Below are positions 8,603 to 18,944 of a DNA stretch of 32,000 nt, in pieces; position 1 is the stretch's first letter, and each line of letters begins with the position of its first letter. This DNA is from an uncultured Fibrobacterota bacterium. GTDB lineage: Bacteria > Fibrobacterota > Fibrobacteria > Fibrobacterales > Fibrobacteraceae. Under the pieces are notes generated by a model, which saw nothing but the letters and a program-made list of their open reading frames with translations, did not search any database and had not been told where the DNA came from. Location: assembly GCA_903876665.1 (NCBI GenBank), contig CAIRAY010000093.1, positions 5,685 to 37,684 of the forward strand. Reading direction: 5' to 3'. A program made the translations under genes and the position numbers.

Positions 8603-8745
8603 CTCGGCCGTTCCGGCCATGATAACCGGGACGACAAAGAAAACACAGCCACCCAAAAGGCCTTGGATTTCTTTAATGCGTTTGCCTTGCGAAATTACCC
8701 ATATTCCTATGGACTTTTCTAAGTTGAATCGGTATTTTGTAAGAC

Positions 8746-11700
8746 TTGAATGCCAGAAAAATCATGTTCCGAAAGTATTTAAGGCACGCGACAGGATTGC
8801 TCCCCGCTCTGCTGGCTTTGGTGATGAGTGCCCACGCGCAGTCATCACCTGCGGTCGTACCCTCAAATGCGTCTGGGTCCAGCCTGGAATACATCCCCAC
8901 TCCTCCCAGCACCCATCCCTTGCAGGGCCTTCTCCCCAAAGGGGGAATTGGGCAACACCCGGCCTGGGGATATCTCAAAATGCCTGAGCGGAATTTGCTC
9001 AATCGCCACGAGGTAGATTTCGAAAGCCGCGAAGTCCGCATCCATGCCCTTTACTACAACACCCTATCCCGCGACACCACCAACATGTGGACCGCTTACT
9101 ATCAGGAGCTGACCTCCTACACTTTTGACATGTTCGACATTGGGTTCCGCAGGCTGTGGCTCAATTCCCTAATTGGGCAAAAGGATGGCGGGTCCGAATC
9201 CCAGGAAGGCTCCCTGTTTGATATTTCCATTCCGGTAAATATGCCTGCCTGGATGAAGGACCTTGGCCTGGACAAGCCCAAGCTACAACTTCAAGGGACA
9301 ATGAACATCAAGTTCACCGGAATTGGAACTTACGATGATGCACCCGGAAGTACGCAAAAATCCTTGTGGCCTTCTCCCAACTTGAGCTATGAACCGAGCT
9401 TCCTGGTCAAAGGAAAGATTGGGCGAAACATTACCGTCGAGATCAATAATACCGAAAGCGGCCTGGGCGTTCGCAATCAGTTGAAAGTGGTTTATGCCGA
9501 AGCGACCCCCGGGGAATTCGAGGACTTCATTCTGCAACGGGTGGAGTTGGGGTCCACCTCCCTCTCCCTCAAAGGCACGGAGCTAACCGGATATTCCGAG
9601 ACTCATACCGGTCTGTTCGGTGTCAAAGCCGACTTCAAGGTGGGCGACTGGAATTTGACCGCCATTGCTTCCCAGGACGGAGGCTCCACCGAAAAATACA
9701 AGATGCGCTCCAGCGAGCAGTCTGCAGAAGGCAAAATTGAGGATCGTCAGTTTGTGCCCTACAAATACTACTTCCTGACCCAAAAGTACCGCGCCGATTT
9801 CATTGCCTCTGCCATCCAAGGATCCACCCGCCCAATCACCATGCCAGTGGGTCTTGAACTGTATACCCGTCCCCGGGCCGAGGTTCTGGATGCAATTAAA
9901 GATGTGGATGCGCTGTATTACGATGCCAACGACAATCAAAGTGGACTTGGGATCACAAGTCTCATGTTGGTAAAAATGAGCGCCGAAGATTGGTCCTGGA
10001 ACCAGAATACGGGAACGGTGGTGATCAAGAACGGAAGCCGCAATACCCTGATTGTCGCGGCCTGGAACAATGCCCCAACCCATCAGGGAGCCGGGGGATT
10101 ACGCTCCGGCCAAAAGGCTGTCCTGGTCCAGACAGACGGCCAAACCAAACCTCATCTGGGCATTGAAAAGTTAATGCTTCGTAATGTCTATAACGTGGGC
10201 CTTTCCCAAGAAAACGCCACCGGCTTTGTGCTACGCATGAAGAATCAAACACTCAACGCTGTCGATTATCTGAAAACTCTTGGAGTGCTGGATAGTGCCT
10301 CGGGAAGCGCCAAAGTGACTGATGACGCCATTTTCCCCAAAGAGGGTTCCAAATACTCTGGTGAAATGTGGCTCCCCTGTCTGCCGGCGTCCTGGTATGT
10401 CAAATACAACAATGCCACCCAGGCTTTGGCGATTCAGCGAGCATCAGAAAACTGCCTGGAACCCCTGCGGGCTGTGGATTCCTCTGCCACGATCAAAAAT
10501 CTCTACACCTTGCCGGTCGCAAGTCTCACCTCCAGCCAATATGCTCCTCAGTACAGTTTTTATACCGTGGGAAAGCTTCGCTCGTCCTTTATGAGCATCC
10601 GCGATGCAGGTTCATCCTATTCGGTCAATTCGGGAAACTGCATAGACATTGCCCCGGGTTCCGAAACCCTGAAAATCAAATCGGACAAGCTGGTGGCCAA
10701 TGTCGATTATTCCGTGAACTACGAGCTGGGGCAAATTGAATTGTTGAGCGAAAAAGCCCTCAATCCCAATAACGAAATCGAAGTCACCTACGAATGTGAA
10801 CCACTGTTCCAAATTGACAACAAGCTTTTGTTGGGAGGTCGCGCAGAATATCCCATCAAGAGCTTAAGCGACAAATCCCTCTTTGGCTTGACTGCGCTGT
10901 ACAAGAGCCAGAGCACCACCCAGGAACAACCTCGCTTTGGTGGAGAACCCTATTCCAGCGTACTGCTTGGCGCAAACTTGACTTTGCAGGATTCCGCCCG
11001 TTGGATGGACCGTTTCACCAATGCCCTTCCTTTCATTGACACCAAGGCCCGCTCCCAATGGACCGTCGAAGGAGAAGTCGCGGCCAGTTACCACAATGCC
11101 AACACCTCCGCCAACAAAACCGCATTGCTGGACGATTTTGAAAACAGCCTGCGCTCCATCCAGTATTCCACCTACCGGACCTTCTGGTACCCTGCCTCAC
11201 CACCGGGTGGCACCATCGATGATCCTTCCACCTATATCCCGCTTTTGGATTTCAAGCACAAAGGTGAATTCATTTGGCATTCCAACCAGAGCGAGCGCTA
11301 TCGCAATGTCTATACTGCGGTCGGGAATACGGAAGTGGACTCCCGCGAACTGCCGATCCTCAAATTCACCTTGCGTCCCAACGACAATCTGGAAGGAAAT
11401 TCCTGGGGTGGCGTCATGCGCGCCAACGGAACTTACAATCAGGATTTAAGCGATTTCCGTTATCTGGAAGTGGTGGCCCGTGGCAACGTGGGCAATCTTT
11501 TTGTGGACCTGGGTGCGATCAGTGAAGATGTTCCTGTAGGCGGGATGGAACCCAACCGGGAGATCAATACCGAGGCCGATCCTTGGACCGCAAAGGCCAA
11601 CGACGACAACGGTATAGACGGCGTGGGAGACGGGACATCGACCTCCACGGCAAGCGAAGTTCGGGTGGATTGGAATTGCCGTGTGCCGGGATGCATTGCG

Positions 11701-14700
11701 GACACGGTGAAAACCGGCGCGAACCCTGACCTGGCCCAGGATAATTTTTCCTTGCAGGAAAATGATACAGATCCCGATGTGCATATCAACGGTACCGAAG
11801 GAAACAACGGCCCCAATGAACGCCCCTACGACACGGAAGATTTGAACGACAACCGTTCCCTCGAAGTCGATAACCGCTTTGTGCGCTATCGCATCAATTT
11901 AGAATCTACCGACCTCAATGATTTTGAAGAGCTGAAGAACGGCTGGCGCCGCTGGCGCATCCCGCTTTCGGAATACGACACCATTGTTTCCGGTGATGGC
12001 ACTTCCTGGCAAGAGATTCTTGGCCAAACGCCCATGACCCGCATCTGGTACGGAAGGCTCAAGCATGGCGTGGTGGAAGGTCAATCCCAGATTCTCGATT
12101 TGCGCATCGTAGGCAATCAATGGACTGCGGATTCCACCGGCAACCAATATGGTGTCGTGGTCGATGGCCCAACCCAGACCGTCATCGTGGATGGAATGCC
12201 AGTGCAAGTTACCGTGCCGGGCACAGTTGTCAAGCAGGACACCAATTATTTGCGCGTTCGTGTCCTCAATAATCGCGATGATGCCGGCACCTATTTCAAG
12301 AGCGAAAAAACCGTCACCGAGCGCGATGCCCAGACTAGCGCTGCGCTCAAAGAACAAAGTCTGGTCATGGATTTTGGTGGTCTGCACAAAAACCAGGCTG
12401 TCAGTGCCACGCGGTTTTTCGATGGTGAAGAAAAGGACTTGACTCAATACCAAAAGATCCAACTGGAAATCCTCTACAAGAGCGACGCCATCCGCAGTGC
12501 CACCGATTCCATCCCCGTGCGCTTCGCGGTCCAGCTTGGTCTGGGTGGCCCCGAGGGTTCGACGAATTATTACGAATGGTCCTATACGCCCCGCCTGATG
12601 AATAGCGCGGAATGTACCGCAGAGAGGCTTACCATTCAGAATTGCCATGAGCAGAATTGGGACGACAACCGCTTTGTCCTGGATCTGAGTAAATTCGTGG
12701 ATTTGAAAAAAGGCAGAGGTCCACGCGATTTGCCCAAATATGTTTCCATTCCTTCGTCCACCAAGTTTGAACGCAACGAGCGGGTCGGCATTGTGGGGAA
12801 CCCATCCATTGGGCGCGTGAACTGGGTTCGCTTTGTGGTGATTGCCCAGGACTCGCTTGCCCGTTCCGGTTCGCTCTGGGTGAACGATCTGCGGCTTTCC
12901 GGCATGAGCAATGAATGGGGCGTAGCGGCTCGTTTGCGCGCGCAAATGGACTTTGCCGACCTCATGACCCTTTCCGGTGAGTTGAATTATCGCGATGGTG
13001 CCTTTGCCACCCTCAAAAGCGAAGGCAAGTCCCCCAAGCCCACGCTGGCTGAATCCAATGCGAGCCTGGAGGCCAAGGCCAACTACTCGCTCAATATCAA
13101 TAAATTCTTCAAGGACGAGTGGATGTTGCACATGCCACTCTCCCTGAGTTATGATGCGTCGGTTCTTCGCCCTTATTTGAAACCCCAGAGCGATGAGCGG
13201 CTCAGCAAGGATGACCTGAAGGAAATATCGACCCACTCGTTCAATGTCACCCAGGACGATTTGGCTGGTCCCATGGATACCCTGTTGTCTCGGGACCTTC
13301 GCGATGGATTGGACTCTGCGGAGCAGTATCTTCGGGACAACCAGAAGTCCAAAGGTTTTCAGAATTTCTCTCGCACCAAGAGCTTGAGCATTGGCTACGC
13401 CAAAGAGCATACGGAAGATGAAAATCTGTGGATGGATTGGGCAACCCAGGCCTTCCTGGAACGGCCCGAATTCAATTTCCGCTACAGTGAAACCCAGTCC
13501 CACTCGGCCACCAGCGCCGATTCGTCCTACACCTACGGCGCTTCCCTGAAATACAAGTTGGGCTCTTACAAGCCCTTTAACCTCACTCCCTTCAAAGCCT
13601 TTCCTTCGCTGGTTTTTGAGCCCTGGCCCCAGACCATGGACGTTACCCTTGCCGATTTCCTCTACAGCAAGTCGCTGGGGCAGGAACTCGATCCAAACTA
13701 TGTCGCACCACTGGCGGATCCTACCCAGATTTTTGGTGTCGACTTGAAACACAAAATTGATATGCGGTGGAATATTCTCCCCTTCTTGACTGCCGCCTAT
13801 TCCCTCGGAGTCGAACGCGATATGAACCGTGGCCATGACCGGCAATCCTTCACCCGCGATAATTTCTTTGACCCGGGCAGCGAAAATGGATTATTTGCCA
13901 GAAAGGTCGTATTTGACTATGACACCAATGACTGCGAGCTGGTCATTGCCAAAAGCAAGGATTCCGTTGCGGTGGAATACAAGGTGGCCCGTGACGGTCA
14001 GACCTTGAATGAGCTCGACTCCTCCACCTATAATTTGGATACCACCTGGATTCAACGGGATACTATTGTTGATGTGGGCGACTGTTCCTACGGTCGTCGC
14101 TTTGGTGTGCTCCGCAACGAACGCTCCCGCACCCAGGATTTCAAGCTCAACTTCAATCCCATGGTCATCCCATTTTTGCCCACGCGCTTCACTTTCGGAA
14201 GCACGTTCCAGCAGAACAAGACCATCCCGACTCCCTTTAGCCTGCTGGATCCGGAGACTTTGAAGAAAAACTTCTGGAGCATTGAGCAGACCAACCGCTT
14301 CGAAGTGATTCCTACGGTGAAGCTAGTGGATCTCTTTGGCTGGGGATCCAAAAATAAGGTTACCGAATTCCTGAACAAGTGGAAGCTACAAGAATTACGC
14401 ACAAACTGGTCGGTAGATGTGGGCACCAAGGGCGAAGACTTTACCTTATACCAATTGCGCGAACGACAGAAGGTCACTCCGGCACAATATTACCTCTACG
14501 GACTAGGCATTGGCGATGGCAAGAGCGTGCGCAATTTCTGGGACCTCGTGACTGGTGACATGAATCTTAATCGCGACGATTACGAACAATTCGCTGAATA
14601 CCGCAACCGGCATGTAGATACTTTGGTGTATCAAGGTGCATTTACGCATGCCGTCAAGCGCAATGCTTCCTTGGGGTCAAATCTAACCTTGCCCATCTGG

Positions 14701-15642
14701 GATGTCGCTATTACGGGTGACCTGTTTTGGTCCGAAGAGTTTACCCAGAAGCGGGAGACGCCCCTTTACCTGGACACCACCACCACCTGGCCCAAGGCAG
14801 GCGTGGGCGTAACGATTCCCAATTTTGCGAGCCGTTTGAACCTGTTGAAGAGTTATTTCAGCTCTTTTGCCCTCAACCATCGCACGGATTACACCTTTAC
14901 ACGCTCGGTCACTCCGTTCCAGAATGCGGAAGACGAATGGAAGACCGAATGGGGATTTTCGCCCTTGGTGAGCATCCAAACTCTCACAAAAAAGAACGTC
15001 CACATCGATAACGACATCAATCTGAATTTATCCCATTCCTTGCGCCGTCCAAAAATCCAGGTGGTGCCATACCCCGGCTGGCCAGATACCACGACCCACA
15101 GCACCCTGGATAGCTCGCTGTTTATCGATGTTCCTTGGATGCACACCGATTCCAACCAGAGCTGGGGGACCAAAATTGGGGATGAGCTTTCCATTGGTTA
15201 CGATCTGAAGACCGCGCGAGGATTCCAGCTTTTCAAGTGGTACTTCCGTCTCAAAAACAACATCAATCTGAAATTGAATACCGGCCTCACCTACGAAACC
15301 ATTCGTTACCGTGAGCGGGCAGTGGTCCCGGATTACAGTCCAATTCAGAACAATGCCTCTGCAGGTTCGGTAAACGGAAAGATCGCCTGCGACGACAAGG
15401 GTGAAAACTGCCAATTGGTGTACAATCCGCTGTTTGTGGAGGTCTCCGACGAAACTGAACGGACTCCTACGGCCACGTGGGAATACTACATCCGCCCCAA
15501 TGCGGGTTACCAGTTCAACAAGATGGCTACCGGAAGCGCGTTCCTGGAATATCGATACAATCGATCCAAAACCAACGATGGCGAAACGAATTCCATCCAT
15601 ACCCTACGGTTTGAAATCGCGCTGATGCTGCAGTTTGATTAG
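8746..15642 (+). CDS. sprA: SprA/Sov-type giant outer membrane protein (type IX secretion translocon / gliding motility)
   Basis: 2298 aa with signal peptide (LLPALLALVMSAHA). VKGKIGRNITVEINNTESG...NQLKVVYAEATPGEFEDFILQRVELGSTSLSLKGTELTGYSETHTGLFGVKADFKVGDWNLTAIASQDGG is characteristic of SprA-family proteins, with a long beta-barrel-like C-terminus ending LRFEIALMLQFD. Confidence 0.87.
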   Translation: MNARKIMFRKYLRHATGLLPALLALVMSAHAQSSPAVVPSNASGSSLEYIPTPPSTHPLQGLLPKGGIGQHPAWGYLKMPERNLLNRHEVDFESREVRIHALYYNTLSRDTTNMWTAYYQELTSYTFDMFDIGFRRLWLNSLIGQKDGGSESQEGSLFDISIPVNMPAWMKDLGLDKPKLQLQGTMNIKFTGIGTYDDAPGSTQKSLWPSPNLSYEPSFLVKGKIGRNITVEINNTESGLGVRNQLKVVYAEATPGEFEDFILQRVELGSTSLSLKGTELTGYSETHTGLFGVKADFKVGDWNLTAIASQDGGSTEKYKMRSSEQSAEGKIEDRQFVPYKYYFLTQKYRADFIASAIQGSTRPITMPVGLELYTRPRAEVLDAIKDVDALYYDANDNQSGLGITSLMLVKMSAEDWSWNQNTGTVVIKNGSRNTLIVAAWNNAPTHQGAGGLRSGQKAVLVQTDGQTKPHLGIEKLMLRNVYNVGLSQENATGFVLRMKNQTLNAVDYLKTLGVLDSASGSAKVTDDAIFPKEGSKYSGEMWLPCLPASWYVKYNNATQALAIQRASENCLEPLRAVDSSATIKNLYTLPVASLTSSQYAPQYSFYTVGKLRSSFMSIRDAGSSYSVNSGNCIDIAPGSETLKIKSDKLVANVDYSVNYELGQIELLSEKALNPNNEIEVTYECEPLFQIDNKLLLGGRAEYPIKSLSDKSLFGLTALYKSQSTTQEQPRFGGEPYSSVLLGANLTLQDSARWMDRFTNALPFIDTKARSQWTVEGEVAASYHNANTSANKTALLDDFENSLRSIQYSTYRTFWYPASPPGGTIDDPSTYIPLLDFKHKGEFIWHSNQSERYRNVYTAVGNTEVDSRELPILKFTLRPNDNLEGNSWGGVMRANGTYNQDLSDFRYLEVVARGNVGNLFVDLGAISEDVPVGGMEPNREINTEADPWTAKANDDNGIDGVGDGTSTSTASEVRVDWNCRVPGCIADTVKTGANPDLAQDNFSLQENDTDPDVHINGTEGNNGPNERPYDTEDLNDNRSLEVDNRFVRYRINLESTDLNDFEELKNGWRRWRIPLSEYDTIVSGDGTSWQEILGQTPMTRIWYGRLKHGVVEGQSQILDLRIVGNQWTADSTGNQYGVVVDGPTQTVIVDGMPVQVTVPGTVVKQDTNYLRVRVLNNRDDAGTYFKSEKTVTERDAQTSAALKEQSLVMDFGGLHKNQAVSATRFFDGEEKDLTQYQKIQLEILYKSDAIRSATDSIPVRFAVQLGLGGPEGSTNYYEWSYTPRLMNSAECTAERLTIQNCHEQNWDDNRFVLDLSKFVDLKKGRGPRDLPKYVSIPSSTKFERNERVGIVGNPSIGRVNWVRFVVIAQDSLARSGSLWVNDLRLSGMSNEWGVAARLRAQMDFADLMTLSGELNYRDGAFATLKSEGKSPKPTLAESNASLEAKANYSLNINKFFKDEWMLHMPLSLSYDASVLRPYLKPQSDERLSKDDLKEISTHSFNVTQDDLAGPMDTLLSRDLRDGLDSAEQYLRDNQKSKGFQNFSRTKSLSIGYAKEHTEDENLWMDWATQAFLERPEFNFRYSETQSHSATSADSSYTYGASLKYKLGSYKPFNLTPFKAFPSLVFEPWPQTMDVTLADFLYSKSLGQELDPNYVAPLADPTQIFGVDLKHKIDMRWNILPFLTAAYSLGVERDMNRGHDRQSFTRDNFFDPGSENGLFARKVVFDYDTNDCELVIAKSKDSVAVEYKVARDGQTLNELDSSTYNLDTTWIQRDTIVDVGDCSYGRRFGVLRNERSRTQDFKLNFNPMVIPFLPTRFTFGSTFQQNKTIPTPFSLLDPETLKKNFWSIEQTNRFEVIPTVKLVDLFGWGSKNKVTEFLNKWKLQELRTNWSVDVGTKGEDFTLYQLRERQKVTPAQYYLYGLGIGDGKSVRNFWDLVTGDMNLNRDDYEQFAEYRNRHVDTLVYQGAFTHAVKRNASLGSNLTLPIWDVAITGDLFWSEEFTQKRETPLYLDTTTTWPKAGVGVTIPNFASRLNLLKSYFSSFALNHRTDYTFTRSVTPFQNAEDEWKTEWGFSPLVSIQTLTKKNVHIDNDINLNLSHSLRRPKIQVVPYPGWPDTTTHSTLDSSLFIDVPWMHTDSNQSWGTKIGDELSIGYDLKTARGFQLFKWYFRLKNNINLKLNTGLTYETIRYRERAVVPDYSPIQNNASAGSVNGKIACDDKGENCQLVYNPLFVEVSDETERTPTATWEYYIRPNAGYQFNKMATGSAFLEYRYNRSKTNDGETNSIHTLRFEIALMLQFD

Positions 15643-15732
15643 CCATTCCTAATTATGCGGCATGACAGACTGCCGGGCATGACAATCCATAAATACTATG
15701 TGCGGAGTACTTTTGGATTGTATCACGGTAAA

Positions 15733-17043
15733 TTATACGACCGTTAATATACCGCGTAGAACCGTTTCCAGCTTGGGCGGGTCGGACTTTTCATCCACGG
15801 CCTGTTGCAGGAATTTTTGCATGGGTTCGCGGCGCTTAATGGCCGTGTCGACCTCGGGGTCGGAGCCCTTGACATAGGCACCAATGTTGATCAGGTCTTC
15901 GTTTTTGCGATAGCTCGCCATAGAAGTCAAAAGGGGGCCGGTGATGGCGCGGAATTCGGGCGTGGTTACATCGGGGCGGCAACGGCTGATGCTTGCCAGC
16001 ACATCGATGGCGGGGTAATGGTTGCGGTGGGCGAGGGCCCGCGAAAGCACAATATGGCCATCCAGAATGGAGCGGGCCGTGTCGGCGATGGGGTCGTCCA
16101 TGTCGTCGCCTTCGACCAGAACCGTGTAGAGCCCGGTTATGGAACCCTTGGTTCCTGATCCGGCCCGTTCCAGCAACTTGGGCAGGAAGGCGAAAACGGA
16201 AGGCGTGTAGCCCTTGGTTGCGGGTGGCTCGCCGATGGCCAGCCCGATTTCGCGCTGGGCCATGGCCAAGCGTGTGGCGGAATCCAGCAGAAGCATCACC
16301 TCTTCGCCTTGGTCGCGGAAATATTCGGCAATGGTCGTGGCTAAAAGGCTTGCCTTGATGCGAATGAGCGCCGGCTGGTCGGAGGTTGCCACAATGACGA
16401 TGGATTTTTTGAGACCCTCGGGACCCAAGTCTTTTTCCACAAATTCCCGCACCTCGCGTCCGCGTTCCCCGATCAAAGCGATCACATTCACTTTGGCCAA
16501 GCAGTTTCGCGCGATCATTCCCATGGTAACGCTTTTGCCCACGCCGGAGCCTGCAAAAATTCCCAGACGCTGGCCCTGTCCAATGGTTAAGAATGAGTCC
16601 ACCGCGCGGATTCCCGTAAACATGGGCTTCACGATGCGTTTGCGTTCAAGCGCTCCGGGCGGGTTCGCGTAGATGCTGCGATGCCCTTCAAAATCAAGGG
16701 GACCCAGCTGGTCAATGGGGTTTCCCAAGCCATCGAGCACCCGACCCAAAATTCCCCATCCCACGGGAGCGACCAGGGTGGCACCATCAGCGATGACCTC
16801 CATGCCGGGGCGAATTCCTTCCAAGGGTCCCAAGGGCATCACAAGCGTTCTTTGTTCGCGGAATCCGACCACCTCGGCTTTGCAAATTTCATGGTTTCCG
16901 GACATAATCCGGCAGAGCTCACCGACGCTTGCCGTGGGACCTTCGCATTCAATGGTGAGGCCAATAATTTTAGCGACACGCCCGCGCAATAATGGAATGC
17001 GTTGGGGGACTAGCTTCTGCAGAATGGAGTTTGCAAGGTTCAC
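15733..17043 (-). CDS. fliI: Flagellum-specific ATP synthase FliI
   Basis: Walker A GIFAGSGVGKSVTMGMIARN; ALIGERGREVREFVEKDL, LLLDSATRLAMAQREIGLAIGEPPATKGYTPSVFAFLPKLLERAG. Confidence 0.96.
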   Translation of the reverse strand: MNLANSILQKLVPQRIPLLRGRVAKIIGLTIECEGPTASVGELCRIMSGNHEICKAEVVGFREQRTLVMPLGPLEGIRPGMEVIADGATLVAPVGWGILGRVLDGLGNPIDQLGPLDFEGHRSIYANPPGALERKRIVKPMFTGIRAVDSFLTIGQGQRLGIFAGSGVGKSVTMGMIARNCLAKVNVIALIGERGREVREFVEKDLGPEGLKKSIVIVATSDQPALIRIKASLLATTIAEYFRDQGEEVMLLLDSATRLAMAQREIGLAIGEPPATKGYTPSVFAFLPKLLERAGSGTKGSITGLYTVLVEGDDMDDPIADTARSILDGHIVLSRALAHRNHYPAIDVLASISRCRPDVTTPEFRAITGPLLTSMASYRKNEDLINIGAYVKGSDPEVDTAIKRREPMQKFLQQAVDEKSDPPKLETVLRGILTVV

Positions 17044-17867
17044 ACCTTCTCCGCATCCGACAACGCCTGGCCAATTGCAGTCCGGACCATAGTCTCGATA
17101 CGATCCAGCACGACTTGGGTACGCAGGTCAACCGTTCCTCCGCCCGTGGATTCAATCCAGCAGCCACCACGGTCCACGCGCTCGTCCGATTCTAGGCGCA
17201 CAGATTTCAAGGAGGTGTTCAAAGGCTGCCAAACGGACTGGGATTCTTCCGCATACTTGACATCCAAAGGGTGCAAATGCAAAACCACGGATTCGGCCTG
17301 CCCCAAATGGGAGAAGGCTTCGTTAAGAACGATCGCAATGCGTTCCGGATGGGTTTCGGCTTCGATGCTGAAAAGTTTTTTGGCGATTCCCAGAGCCAGT
17401 TCCAACGATTCCGACTGAATATTGCGGACCCGTTCTCCGTAGGCGGCGTTGATGTTTTGGATGGATTTCGCAACTTCGGCCTGCAGTGCGGCGACTTGGG
17501 TGGCAAATTCTTTGGTGGCTTTGCTTTCGCCTTCTTTGCGACCGGCCACCAGGCCTTCTTCGCGGGCTTTGACCGCAGCGGATTCAGTCGTGCGCTTGGC
17601 CTCGGCTTTGCTGGCTTCAAGTGTCCGTTTGCTCTCCGAAATTTCCCGTTCCAGAACTTGAATGCGAACCAGGTTTTCGTCTTTGGCTTTCTGGATTTCG
17701 CGCCCGGGAACTTTGAATTCGGGAAGGTCAAAAGAATCCAGAGGAAGCCGTTGCAGATTCTGGGCAGCGGCCCCGCTGCGGACAATGCCTTTGAGCGCCA
17801 CTTTGCCCTCGGACTCCTGGGTAAGAGCCTGGAACATGGAGGATTGCTGGTCTTTCCCTGGAGCCAT
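17040..17867 (-). CDS. fliH: Flagellar assembly protein FliH
   Basis: Position between fliG and fliI, coiled-coil Ala/Glu/Lys-rich centre and FliH-like C-terminus (ALELALGIAKKLFSIE...VRLESDERVDRGGCWIESTGGTVDLRTQVVLDRI). Confidence 0.85.
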   Translation of the reverse strand: MAPGKDQQSSMFQALTQESEGKVALKGIVRSGAAAQNLQRLPLDSFDLPEFKVPGREIQKAKDENLVRIQVLEREISESKRTLEASKAEAKRTTESAAVKAREEGLVAGRKEGESKATKEFATQVAALQAEVAKSIQNINAAYGERVRNIQSESLELALGIAKKLFSIEAETHPERIAIVLNEAFSHLGQAESVVLHLHPLDVKYAEESQSVWQPLNTSLKSVRLESDERVDRGGCWIESTGGGTVDLRTQVVLDRIETMVRTAIGQALSDAEKV

Positions 17868-17879
17868 ATAAAGCCTCGC

Positions 17880-18941
17880 TTACACGATCACATCGTCTTC
17901 GCCACCACGACCCGAAATAATGATTTCGTTTTCGGATTCGAGACGACGGACAATGTCCACAATCTTCTGCTGGGCTTCTTCCACTTCGCGCAGGCGCTTG
18001 GGTCCCATGAAGGAGATTTCTTCCTTGATGATTTCCGAAGCGCGCGAGGACATGTTCGTGAAGAACTTGTTCTGCACCTGTTCGTTGGCCCCCTTGAGCG
18101 CAAGCGAAAGCTCCTTGGAATCGACTTCCTTGAGAACTTTCTGGATCGACTTGTCGTCGAGCAGGAGCATATCTTCGAACACGAACATGAGACTCTTGAT
18201 TTCTGTGGCGAGCTCGGGATCGTCCCGTTCGAGGGTTCCCAAAATATTCTTTTCGGCGCTGCGGTCGACCATGTTGAGCATTTCGGCCACGGACTTGACG
18301 CCGCCGACTTCGGCGGTATCGCCCGAGAAGAAGCTCTTCATGACCTGCGAAAGTTGTTGTTCCACCTGGACCAGGACATCCGGTGAAATGGATTCCATGG
18401 TGGCGATGCGCGTGGCGACTTCCACCTGCATTTCGGGGCTTAGCGCCGAAAGGGTTGCAGCGGCTTTGTCCGACTTCATGTGCGCAAGCAAAAGGGCAAC
18501 CGTCTGCGGATGTTCCTTTTGCAAAAATCCGATCAGCTGACTGGTTTCCACATTGTCAAGCATGTTGAAACCCGTGGTGCGAATGGTGCTGGTGACTTTT
18601 TCCAGGATTTCGCGGGCTTTACGAGGACCCATGGATGCTTCCAGAACTTCCTGGGCGTATTCGATTCCACCATGTGTCACGAATTCTTTGGCCATGGAAA
18701 GGCTCTGGAACTCAGTAAGAACATATTCACGCATTTCGGGAGTGACACCCTCGAGGCGGGCGATCTGGGCCGTGAGCATTTCAATTTCGTTTTCGGTCAG
18801 GTTCTTGAAGATGTTGGCACTGGCTTCCGCACCGAGCGCCACCATCAGAATGGCGGCCTTCTTGGGTCCGGGAATGTCGAACATGGGGGCACCGGGAGCT
18901 GCTCCCGAATCACCACCGCCCTTATAGAATTGTTTGGCCAT
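17880..18941 (-). CDS. fliG: Flagellar motor switch protein FliG
   Basis: KKAAILMVALGAEASANIFKNLTENEIEMLTAQIARL, FLQKEHPQTVALLLAHMKSDKAAATLSALSPEMQVEVATRIATM, VFEDMLLLDDKSIQKVLKEV. Confidence 0.96.
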   Translation of the reverse strand: MAKQFYKGGGDSGAAPGAPMFDIPGPKKAAILMVALGAEASANIFKNLTENEIEMLTAQIARLEGVTPEMREYVLTEFQSLSMAKEFVTHGGIEYAQEVLEASMGPRKAREILEKVTSTIRTTGFNMLDNVETSQLIGFLQKEHPQTVALLLAHMKSDKAAATLSALSPEMQVEVATRIATMESISPDVLVQVEQQLSQVMKSFFSGDTAEVGGVKSVAEMLNMVDRSAEKNILGTLERDDPELATEIKSLMFVFEDMLLLDDKSIQKVLKEVDSKELSLALKGANEQVQNKFFTNMSSRASEIIKEEISFMGPKRLREVEEAQQKIVDIVRRLESENEIIISGRGGEDDVIV

Positions 18942-18944
18942 CTA

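Noticed and set aside
11899-13845. 648-aa minus-strand ORF inside sprA
   Set aside because: It lies wholly antisense to the well-supported sprA CDS. Its translation has no recognisable domain and looks like a high-GC third-position shadow ORF.
17271-18386. 371-aa plus-strand ORF over fliH/fliG
   Set aside because: Antisense to two confidently identified flagellar genes. The Phe/Gly-rich composition is typical of mirror translation.
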